The notes beneath the pieces are model-generated. The model ran no database searches, was not told the DNA's origin, and worked only from the letters and a program-made list of their open reading frames with translations. Shown here in pieces: positions 1 through 11,762 of a DNA stretch of 64,000 nt. The stretch covers positions 558,001 to 622,000 of the forward strand of contig CAJFCJ010000027.1 in the NCBI GenBank assembly GCA_904063045.1, written 5' to 3'. The translations under genes and the position numbers were made by a program. The stretch is from Dimorphilus gyrociliatus (Eukaryota > Animalia > Annelida). Position 1 is the first letter of the stretch. Each line of letters begins with the position of its first letter.

Positions 1-2047
1 GAGAGTATATTTAATCCTCTTGCACGGTCTCGGTTTTTGATTTATATTTCCGCATTAAGAATGGAAAAAAGTATAGAATGATATTTTCTACCAGCAGATC
101 TTGTTTAGCTTTTGAACGCTATTTGTTAACAACATAAAAAGATAATAATTAGTTGAAATAAGAGAGTGAATGGCTCATCTTTTCCTTTTCTGCTCTATGA
201 ATTGATAAAAATAACTAGGTAGAGAAATAAAAGAAAACCAACCCCTAAAAATAGTTGAAAAATAGGTAAATAAATTAGGTTTATTTAAAATTTTATTATT
301 CAAGTGAATTGAGCAGAAATGGAAAGTTTTCCTTTTTAAAATAAAAATAATAACATTATAGAAACTTACAAGATTAAAATAAGAAAAGAAAAAAGAAGAC
401 GAAAGAGAACTAATAGTAGAAATAGTAGTAGTAGTAATAATTGTTGTTGTTGTAGTACTAATAGTTGTAGAAGTAGTAGGAGTAGTTATGAACAGAAACG
501 AAAGAAGAGAAGAGAGGGACAAAAAAGAGAAAAAGAATGAAGGAAAAAGATTTTTTTACGATGTTCAATAGAAATAAATCAACAACACTATTATTTATGA
601 CCGTTTTTTTTTCTTCTTTAATTTCCTTCGTTCTTTCTTTCCATTCTCTCTTGAGCTATTAAAAATATTATATTAATTTATTTTTACTGCGTAAGAATTA
701 TTATCTAAATATTCCTTTAGACGTAAAAAAGTTGACGAGGTTTTGTATAATAATACAAGAAAAAAAATACCCTAAGGTATGGGAACAGGTGAACCGGACT
801 TAAAAAAAATCCCTAATAAGTCAACCCGAAAACTGATCCTGATGATTACATAATCTCGCATAAACAAATAAACAAGTGGATTGAATAGGTAGAAAAGAAG
901 GTCCCGGGCATTTATGTCACGAAGCCGGCGGTTTTTGATGCATTGAAATCCCCATATTTACTAAAAACATATATAGGCGCAGTTTTAGCTGGTTCCCGCA
1001 TTCCTTAACGATAAAAATCGATGAAGATCATGACACGCTTACGTGCAACGGGTTTTTACATCAATCATTTCGGGTTATACGCAAAAAAACATGACATTTC
1101 TCATTTAAAATCACGTGAGCGTACATTTATTCAGATAGGGTAGTCTCGGATTTCGGTCATTCGTTTTCCCACTTTCCCTTTGTTATCGTTGGTGTCGAAC
1201 ACGCCATACCTAAGTCTTTGAGATATGCCAGTGTTCATCTTCCCTTCTCCAATTCTTTTATTCATCCCCTATCATTTTACACAAACAGCAAATATAAATA
1301 TTTATAAATATATAAAAGATAAAAGTTTATTCTGTATTTTCTATAATTGTATAAAGTATAAATACAACGGTAATATTATACTAGTTTAATAGTAAATTCG
1401 TGAATAGACCGGCTAATTTGCTCCATGTTTGTATACTTTATGGGAAGGAACGCTTAGATTTCAGATGAGGTAAAAACCTTTTAACCCCCGCCTTGATTGA
1501 CCGATAAAATACGAGAAATTATCCATATGCTTATTCGCCCAATTTCCTCTTATTTATTAAGCTGTCGGTATTGATTTATTTCAATGAAATGAATTGATTG
1601 GAAAATTGGTCGCAATTAGCTAATGAAATAAAGAAACGAATGAAAAAATAGTCTCCAATTACTGCTTTGTATAATCTTCCTTTATATACTTTAACTATAC
1701 AGAATAGTTAGTATACTAATATTTCTTTTTACGAGAATAATTTAGTCCCTTTCGGTAACAATTCAACATTCATACAATTGATAATGATTGATGCACGACA
1801 CGAGATGGCTGCTTTTTTTAATAGATAAAATTAAACTTAATAGAGATATTTGTTACCAATGATAGCCTATTGAATGATCTATTATCTCGATATATTTTCA
1901 AAATAAAAATACCTTAATATACACAGTATATCTAGCTCTTCGTTAGACATCTATAGAAAGACATTAGTTGAATTGAAATATTTAAAATTCCATTATTTCC
2001 CATTCAAAGTTTATACTTTTTAAAGATTGTTTTCAACAGCAAATGGA

Positions 2048-3812
2048 ATGAAATTCTGTAAAAGATCTACGAAAATAAACTCTCTTTGGTTATGGTGGTA
2101 CGCTTTTGCCTGTATTGGTATTGAAACTTATCTTGTTTATAGGGCAGTTAAAAGATGTACAAGCTATAATGAACACGATTGGAATGAAGTTAAATCTGAT
2201 AAACCAGTTGGACAACTTTACACTTATATCGCTCTTATTGTCCTGAGTGTAATGTTTGTGCCATTCTTAGTTGTTACGGCATTATTCCCTTCTGGAAACT
2301 TGGCGAATGACGGCGTTCGTTTAGGTAAAGAAGCAATTTTCGTTCATAATACGCAAGATGTCACCCTGGGAATAAGGAGTCGGGGAAGAATACTATGGCG
2401 CCATCTAGCGCCAATATGTCATGTATGTCACGCGGCCAGCGCCTATTGCCTATTTTTTCCTGAAATGATTTTAAAAGCAGAAGAGATTAAGCACGGTTTA
2501 GCTCCCAAAGAAACTATATGGGAGAGTTCTCTTGATACTTTATTTGAAAAGAATAATGAAGTTCGTTCGGGCATAAAAATCTATAATTATTAAATTTATT
2601 AAAAACCCTTTAATCATTAATATTTATATATGTTTGATCTTATTTAAATATTAATTAATCAATCTCTCTTTCTCAACATATTTAATATATTTTTCTACCC
2701 GAACGAAACAAAAAATGATCTAAAAATAGCATTCAATCATTATGGATGGAAATCTCAGTACAACGACGACGTTACCAGCTGTTGAAAGACCTTTACCCAA
2801 TTGTCCAGTTTCAATAGAATTCATTAATTACATAATGGCATTATTCGTATTAAACGTCAGATACGCTTCGGTATTTTGGAAATGTCAAAAGATGTTTACA
2901 TTAATCTATTCTTGCCAATTATTCGTCTCTTTTATAGAGCATATCTTCTCTCAAGCAACTTTTGAAATCTTGTATAAAACAACGATTAATCAAGATTTAA
3001 TTGACGCTAGTCTACCTATCCCTTTTTCTGTAATATCGGTGCTACACGTTTTATCTTTGTTAATCTTAATGTATTTATTATCATTTACGTTTGATTATGG
3101 ACTGGATCAATTTCAATCTCAACAAAATCTGGCTTTGCAAACGCTAAGGCTTAAATGCTTTGATAAGTCTAACCCGGAACCGTTATGCTGCCAAGGTTAT
3201 TCGATTCATTGTTCATCGATGATAGTTTTATTCTGTCTTATATCATTAAAAGCCCCAATAGTTTACGAGTTTGTCGTAATCTATAAACTTAATCAGGGCG
3301 GTTTAATTCTCTCAACGATAATTTTAGAAGCAGTTTTATTCTTGGTTTGGGTATTTACATGGTTTATATTTACAATAAAGACGTCATGGAGTTTCATTAT
3401 CTTCCTACCACTGCAAAATTTAATACCAGCTAAAGTTTCTGGTAATGCAAATAGGGTAAACGGAAATATTACGTCATCATCGAACGACGATACTGAAGGA
3501 GGGAATACATTAAGCTTGAATGTGACTAGCGAAACACCTGAGAACACTATTAAAAGAAACTATCGAAATAGCTTGAGAAAAAAGTGCGGTCAATTTTACA
3601 AGTTTACGAGATCTTCTTTACAAAGCATACCAGTGAGAGGAACAATTGATAAGAAAAGAAAGTCTCATCCTCTTCCAAAGAATTCAACACGACAAAGGCC
3701 ACCGCCATTGCCTCCTCGACTGAAAGGAAAAAATCGAGCAAACAACACGTCAACAGAATCGAATATCGAATCGGTATCATCCGATTCTAATGTGTTATGT
3801 AGTCAAGTTTAA
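2048..3812 (+). CDS. tinc: Tincar-like multi-pass membrane protein, 2 coding exons (2048-2560, 2730-3812), ~531 aa
   Basis: The N-terminus INSLWLWWYAFACIG...AVKRC and ALFPSGNLANDG match my recollection of the tincar family, with several hydrophobic TM segments and a low-complexity cytoplasmic tail. A phase-0 intron 2561-2729 (GTTCGT...AAATAG) joins the two ORFs in frame. First in-frame ATG is at 2048. Confidence 0.85.
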
Positions 3813-4174
3813 TTTATTAATTAATTATTGTCCGATTACGCTTAGCGAATATTAATGTTATCATATTTCCCTTATCCTTACCGTTATGTTGTATATAGAA
3901 TGGTGAAACGTAAATATACGAAAATCTAATTTGTATAAATTAATATATTAAAAAAATGTGTAAATAGAAGAAAAGAATAAAATAAGGGTCGGATTGAATA
4001 TATATTAGATATATATATATATATGTATATATCTACAGTAGACACATATATGTACAACTATACAGTTATACTGTGTATATATAGAATATAAGACGGTATT
4101 CTTCTCCTTCTCTTCCTTTATAAAATATTTGCAAAATCATAGAAAAATTATAAAACAATAACAAAATTAAACTG

Positions 4175-7100
4175 TCAGTAATATACTGTTATTTCTTCGT
4201 TATTCCTTGAACCGCGACCTATTGACATACTTGAATTAACAATGCTACGTCTACTGTACATCTCAGTATTTGGTAACGAATCTGTACTTGAAGTTAGATG
4301 GCGCTGATCGTCGTAATGAAGGACTACGTGAGATATCTGAGAAACTTGATTTAACTCATTTACATTATTATCAATTTTAAAAGGTGATTCTGCAGGCTGC
4401 GTTGCTGAGATATCGTCGAAAGTGACGCCATGATAAGCGTCTATTTTGTTTTTTATGCTCTCCAAGCCATCTTTCCTAAAAGATTTAACATTTTAAAGCT
4501 GTTAGTTAAATTACTAGAAAGACATATAATAAAGAACCAACCTTCTACACATGGATAAAATGAGGACAGCAATAACTAGTACTAATACTCCGGATAAACA
4601 GGATAATAATATAATAATTGCAGTTTTGACATTGCTCTCAGCTCTTGTAATCGGAAGTTGAACGCTTTTCTTAAAGTCTACGTATACTATAGTTGTATTA
4701 CTTCTATTAGGAGAACCGTCATCAGTGACGGTAATTGGTAGAACGTATTGATTTTCTCCTAATTCTTCAGGTTTCACTTTTATAAACAATTCAATTTTAT
4801 TGTTTAAAAGTCTTTTAATCGAAAACAGACTGAAAAAGAGAAAAGATATAAAAAATATAATAGAAATTGAATATAAATTCTCTGAATATTTTATTATATA
4901 AAGGTAAATCTCGTGGAAAAAAGAGACAAGAAGTGGAAGTAAAAGAAGAAGAAAAGGAGAAGGAGAAAGTAGGAATTCTTTCTCATTTCTATTTTATATA
5001 TTTTTAAAGATATACAGTATAAAAGACACTTTAAACGTACTTGTCGTAATAAAGAAGACTGAACGAGAGGGAATCTCCGTCTCCGTCATTGGCCTATTTA
5101 TTGTTTCATAGAGGGAAAAAGATAAATCATTATTAAAGAAATTGAATAATGAAAAACTTACCTCTAATGCAATTATCATTTGCTCATAAGTCTTTTCAGA
5201 AATGACTGAAAAGACGCCATTATTAAAATTTGGCGCGAATTCGTTTATATTCAAAACTTTAATTGAAACTGTTGTTGTTGATACGTAAGAATTTATATAG
5301 GCTTCCACTATAAACGAATGAAAAATATCCTTTTCATAGTCCAAAGCTGATTTGGTACTAACAACACCGCTATAAAACATAAAGAATATAAAGAATAACA
5401 AGCTTTTTCTTGTATATACGCAATTTTCTACAAAGTAGATAGAGATCACTTACGTTTGTTCATTTATGGAGAAAAGTTCGTTGTTAGTAGTAAATCTATA
5501 CTTGATTAAACGTTGTTGATAATGATAAGCCGATATTTTGATTATTGATTGTCCAATTTCAAAATTTTCATATACTTCCTTAGTGTAATTACTTTGAGGG
5601 AAAATTGGATTTTTATTATCCAGATTATACGTTCCAATCCTTAGTAATGATGTTGAATATCTATGGCTATTATCGGCTTGAATAGCCTAAAAATAAAGTG
5701 TAAAACTGATTAACTTTTAATAAATACGATAAAAATATAAAAAAAATAAGCTATTGTTAAACTTTTACGCAGTTATGACTTTTAATAAAATCATAAATTC
5801 TTTAATCTTCTAATTATTTTTTAAGGTAAGTTAATTCACTTGAATACTATTTCATACTGTATATATGTATATATATTTTCCCATGCAATTAATTCTCAGC
5901 TAGTATTTAACCTTTTAAACTCTTCTTCCTCACTTTTTTAAAAGGTCAGTAATAGGTGTTTCTCGAAAGAAAAAGGAAATAGAATATGTTTGAAAATAAC
6001 TTTCTATTTCGTAACAATACGCTATCAAAAGGGATAACATACCTCTTAAATTGGATTTAATTAAAGGAAATTATACTTAGTATTAGGGCACAGTATTGTT
6101 ATATATATACTGTATATATACAGTATATATATATATATTGATATATTGTGTAAAACAGCTAATAAGCTAAATATTTGATAATTTTATTATACAGACCTTA
6201 ATACCCATGCAGAAATTAATCTGTTGTAAAATCATTTGAGAATTCTTTAGTAGTTTTATTGATCCTGTTTTAGAATCTATCTGGAAAAGATCTATTGTTT
6301 CCGAGAAGAGAGGATCCGGTACAAGTTCGTATATGATTGTTGCATTGAAGCTTTTATCCGGATCGTAAGCAAAAATTTTTCCTTCTTCTGGTTGTACTTT
6401 AAAACCAATTGAGAATTGATCTGGTAAACGAATTTTGTACATTTGTTTAGAAAATATTGGGCTCTGATCGTCGTTATCACGAATATGTAGTTCTATATCT
6501 CTTGAAGAGTTTCTCGAAGGTTTTCCATTATCTTCCGCTACAATTGTAATAATCATCCGTGAAGTTTTCTCGTAGTCTAGAGGCTTTTTCAGAGCTAAAA
6601 TTGTCCTACTATTCGTTGTGATGTAGCTTGTAGGAATTTCGAAATAATCCTAAAGGTATTAATGAATAGTATGGGTTGGTTGTTAGCTAACTATTACTAT
6701 TTATTTTACTAACTGAATACTTGGACGGTAAAATTGATAAGCGTATTTTTGGTGATACTGAATCAACGTCTTCGACTCGTATTTGAGCGACAGTCGAATT
6801 CAATGGCAAAATCTGTTGAGAATGTTATCAAAGATTATCTTTCTATAGAGTTAATATTATATATAAAAATAGAAACGAAGGAAATCCAATACCTCATCGA
6901 CGACCACCGGCTGAGGTGGTAGAATAATATTAGGTGGATTATCGTTTTCATCGTCAATTGTAATAAGAACCAGAATTGTGTTCATAACATTTCCAACAGA
7001 TAAAGTTTTACAGATAACTGTTACCGCTATAGTTTTTAACTTCTCAGCATCTAAATCTTTCTTTGTCGTAATAACTTTTGAAGTTTGATTGTAACTTAAG

Positions 7101-7327
7101 TGGTCGTTATAATCCATAGAAGTCGTAATATCCGAACCATGTTCACCAATTATATTCAATTTAATAACTTTAGCTCCTTTAGCTATATTCTCTTTTAAGT
7201 GCAATTCTATTGGTTTAATTTGATTTTCTAATTGACAAAGTCTTCTATCTTCAGCTTTTGAATATTTTATGCAGAATTGAAATAGTAAGATATATATCCA
7301 ATAGGAAGTTAAGAAGTCTTTATACAT
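4175..7327 (-). CDS. Cadherin-related single-pass protein (~5 EC repeats, TM, ~100-aa tail), 8 coding exons, ~689 aa
   Basis: Exons 7327-6893, 6812-6714, 6649-6197, 5686-5454, 5369-5162, 5093-5041, 4829-4542 and 4475-4175 have GT-AG introns in compatible phase and total 2070 nt. Signal peptide, cadherin motifs DENDNPP, LDYE, AEDNGKP, DNDDQSPIF, INEFAPNF, ANDGDGD and VTDDGSP, TM helix AIIILLSCLSGVLVLVIAVLILSMC, C-terminus ITVYY. Confidence 0.9.
6101..6132. repeat. Perfect 32-bp palindrome ATATATATACTGTATATATACAGTATATATAT in cadherin intron 3
   Basis: The sequence equals its own reverse complement (checked by hand). Confidence 0.9.
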
Positions 7328-9879
7328 TTTCAACTGTTGTTTTTTGTGTAAATATTTTAGTATTTCGTCAATAAATGAGAGAAGACGGGAGAGGAAGAAG
7401 AGGAAGAGGAGGGGTAAGAGGGCGGGAAATATGAAGAAGATATAGTCATATTAACAATATTAAAAAAAAAAGTTCTTTATTTTATAATAATTCTAAATAT
7501 TTACCTTAAATTGCATGGTCAAATTCAGCTAACTTGAATAACGAATGCTTGTTAACATTGAGATTTATATGGAACACCAACTCCTTTATACCTCTTGAGA
7601 AATTTCAAAAGATTGTATTCTTGTTGAATATTTTAAAAAGATATATAGATATATAAAATGTATAATTCTTACCTATTAAGTTGATTATGTAAATATATAA
7701 GTGTTGAAAAAATTGTTCTAGTTTATGGTTCTCCACTCCTCTTTAGATTAACATAATTATTTACGAATTAAAAGCGTTAAACCATTCAATTTTACGCTTT
7801 AACATCTACAAAAACCAAAGAGTTATCCGGAGGAATGTTGAATAAAAAAAAAAGAGATTTTTTAATATACAGCCAAAGCTGTTCAAGCGTAGAATATAAT
7901 ACAATATACAGCATAGTTCACTAGAGGGATTTCAATAGCGTTGGCCTGTATATATATATATATATATAAGGATAGATATATCTGACGCTGAGCGCATGGT
8001 ATAGCTTCAATAGCATTAGCAAGGCATATTTTTTTTATATATATTGTTTGTATTTTTCAATAGGCCTCGCTCTCGTAAATAAAATCATCAACTAACTCTT
8101 TTTTTATTTATTTCTTTACAGAATTTTTCAATTTCATTCCCTGGCTTAAAACTAGATTGAAACTTTCTTCGTTATAAATATTTATTTATCATTCATGCTA
8201 TTCAATCTTCCAAACCACCTTTTTTTCGTTCTCACATACTCTAAAAGTTTAACAATATCAACAAAACTTTTTTGACAAATTCATACTCTTAAATGTTTTA
8301 ACATCAATTCAAGAGTTATATATGGCAGTTTATACTTGTTGGCTGTCAATTTATTGTCATATACTGTATTACGTTTATTATACAAGCTTCTTCCATTATC
8401 ATTATTATAGAAAACTATGAAACACGTTCACTTATTCATTGTCAACTTAATGTTGAAGTAGCAGTGATACTGTATACCTTATAGCCTCTTCTTTCTTTAT
8501 AATTTTCACACATTCTCACACGTTTCTACCAGCTGAATTTTTGCTTTTTTAAAGCACTTACCAGTTTTTTTTCTTGTTGATAAATGAAAGAATAAATAAT
8601 ATATTTTTGTGTTAAATAATAGTATATAGTATAATAATGTTGACTTATATAAATAATAGCTAAAGTTTAAATATACTTAAGAGCTAAACTAGTTCTTTCA
8701 AAAAATTTGTTCTATACTGTTATATATATATATATATATAAATATATTTAGACTTTTCTGACATATATGAGAAATTTTAGCTATATTTTGGATTGAAGAT
8801 TAGCTTTTCCTTCTTTTTCTCTTCTAAAATTTCATTTTATTTGCTATTGTTATTGCCTAAATATATTATATAAATTAAGAAATCTATAGGATTATCGAAC
8901 CGTATGAGTGTCTATTGATGTACTTGATAAGGACTACATAAGCACTTGATCAACTTTAACCTTTAGTTTCTTCGTACTTTTTTTCCACTATTCAAATATT
9001 AGCGATCGTAATTTGAAATAACACAAAACTTGCTACAGAAGGTGGTGCCATCTCTAGTTTGTTAGTCATAAAAAATTAATAGCTGAGATCTATAATTTAA
9101 AATAAAATACAAATGAATTCTATTCTTCGTTTATTTCTTCCTTCAATATTCTCTTTCCTTTTTCTTTCTTTGGACACGCCTATCCTTTTCAAGAACGATC
9201 TATCTTAAATGTAAGAGCCGAGTAATCAAGAAAGAAAGAGACAGAAAGAGAGAGAGAGAGAGAGAGTGAGTGAGTGAGAGAGAGACGAAACGAAGGAATG
9301 ACAGATAAAATGAATAGTATGGAACAGTATTTGTAAAACCTTTTCAAGTAGAGTATATTATATCAAAAGTGTTCTTAATGTGATAAGTTTGAATTTTAAA
9401 CCTTTACAATATTTTCATAGCCGAACGATGTTAATCAATAAGAAAAATACCTTTCTTTAATCTCTTATGTTTTATTCTTTTTTTTTCACTTATCGTAGTA
9501 AAGGTCCTCGGAAAAGTTTGTGCTTTTAATTGTTCAAACACTGCAGCGACATATATTTGTTATACCAATCAATATGACTGGAAAATATTGCAGCTGATAG
9601 ACGCCTATACAAGATAATTTAAAATCATAATAGACATGATAGAGCAGTAATATACAGTATGTGCTTATGCTATATATTTCATACATAAAGACATACAGAG
9701 ATGTATTTGCAAACTTTAGATATATGTATATTTTAAATCCAATTTCTGTCATATTAAGCAAATAGGCCTGTGGCTTCAATTGAAAGTTAAATAATTTTTT
9801 AAAGGCACCGCATGTTTATAATAGTAGAAGCAAACTAGAAGAAGAACTAATTAAAATTGGAGATTTTGCAGAATTGCTC

Positions 9880-10221
9880 TTAAAGGCAAGGGATTGTAGA
9901 CAAGGGGCTGTCTTCTGACCAGAAGCAAAAGCTTAAACCCGGCTCCTCTTCTCCCTCTTGAACGGCTTTACCGTGGAAACAATCTAAACCTTTATTGTAA
10001 ACAACGCTAAGCGTCATTTCTCCCCAAGATCCTTTTACCTTGCAATCAAAATCCACTTTATCAACACTTGGGTCTTTAGGAAGTTCAAATCCAATAGTTG
10101 TAAAGGTAAATTTCATGGAGAGAGCCTTTCCTTCAACTTTACAAGTTCCAGCTAGAGGAAGATTACTACCGCCCATAGGCATCTTCATTCTCATTACGGC
10201 TCGACCAGTCCATGGAGACAT
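9880..10221 (-). CDS. Uncharacterised 113-aa protein, single coding exon
   Basis: ATG-initiated ORF, more GC-rich than its flanks, with an in-frame stop just upstream. A splice acceptor at 10250-10251 and candidate donors at 10350-10351 and 11233-11234 suggest a spliced 5' UTR. Alternating hydrophobic pattern looks beta-rich. Family not recognised. Confidence 0.7.
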   Translation of the reverse strand: MSPWTGRAVMRMKMPMGGSNLPLAGTCKVEGKALSMKFTFTTIGFELPKDPSVDKVDFDCKVKGSWGEMTLSVVYNKGLDCFHGKAVQEGEEEPGLSFCFWSEDSPLSTIPCL

Positions 10222-11731
10222 TGTAAATTTTAGTAAATGTTTTCAAAACCTGTTTTAAACAAGGTTATTATATTATTTCAACAGCTGTTAAATTTGGTCT
10301 TGATGAATTCAACATTTAATTAAAACATTTAAAATAAAAGTATGAATTTACCTGGATTTAATTTTTTAAGCTCTATACTAATATACATATATGGAATGAT
10401 ATAGATATCTAAATAAAATAATCATAGAACAACATGATAAGACAATATAAGATTCCGAATGTTTTGGGTGGGTCCTAATCTAGGTATAAATTTACATAAT
10501 CGTAAGAGATGCCTTTTTGTTTTTTACAAAGTAAGAATACATGGTATAGTTTATACTGTATAAACTATATAATATATATTAATATAACTATTTTATTGTG
10601 TGTTAAAGTTTGTGTATTTTGTGCTCGTGAAAAAGCAGAAATTAACAATAAAAGAGGGCTGTGAAATAATCCAAAGCTAGGGATTACTCGTTTTCGACAA
10701 GACTTTAGTTTTATCCTATTCTGGAAGTATTGCTATACAATTTAATATATATATATATATATTTGTTTACAGTATATATATTTATACTTTGCATCTTGTG
10801 TTGAAATCGTCATAGAAAACACCGAATTCATGAATATAAGCAAATATATAGATATGTATATATACTATATGCATTAATGGAATATTCAGTGATAAGTTTA
10901 ATTAAGAATATTATATAGATTTAATAATTTATTAGATATTCAAGTATATATTTACCAAAGATATTATTTATGGAATAAGAAGGATATTCTGTGAAGAGTG
11001 TTTAGTTCGAGTGGGGAGTAGCAAGTGTTAGAAATTCTTTTAATTTATTTAATCAAGCTTATCGATAAGATATAAATACAGAATTTATTATATATACATA
11101 TATTTATATGTAAAACCTATTGATATATATATATATATATATATAATTCTTATAATAAAATCATTAAAAAAATTGAAAAATGTTGAATAAAGAAAGAAAA
11201 GTGAACAATTTATCGGCCATAAAAGAATATTTACCTTCACGATCCAGGCTGCAAGACCAAAAACGAATGTTTGACTGGTTTGCGACTTTTTTATTATTTC
11301 AATTGAATGGAAGAGTTCAATACGAATATTTTATATAACTAGGAGGGGTGGAGAGAAGTACGTGTTTGCTAAATCTTTGAAATATTTCCAGCGCCTACGT
11401 ACTCTTCGTTTACATTTGGTAATTAGTTCAAAAGAATAGTATTGATATATATTGATTTTCTTTTGAATATAGTTGAATTATATAGAATATTCTTCTTTTT
11501 TGGTTATAAATATAATTCATAAAACCATTTTAAAAGTCTACTAAAATCGATTAATGTTATGTCATTAAATTAAAAGTAGACATAATTTTCAACAATCGAT
11601 AAGACTGTTTTTTCTTTCTTTCTTGTCTCAACATTAATGTTTTATAAACAATTATTTACGTAGCTAAAAGACTGATAGTTGAGCTAATTCTTACATAGAC
11701 TTGGTTAATTACTGACTAATATGCGTTTATT

Positions 11732-11762
<31 letters not shown>

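Noticed and set aside
175-522. Thr/Ser-rich mucin-like ORF on the minus strand
   Set aside because: TTG start and made of TAG/TTG and CT simple repeats. No splice support or recognisable domain.
3293-3547. Antisense ORFs in the track (3293-3547, 6292-6480, 6734-6922, 10040-10258, 39714-39899, 41099-41332, 55767-56162, 59641-59850, 60052-60240)
   Set aside because: They are shadow or alternative frames of well-supported genes or of the transposase.
9655-10558. Possible MITE (TA|CAGTA...TACTG|TA) capturing the 113-aa ORF
   Set aside because: Inverted similarity stops after about 6 bp. The two ends are better read as independent footprint-like motifs.
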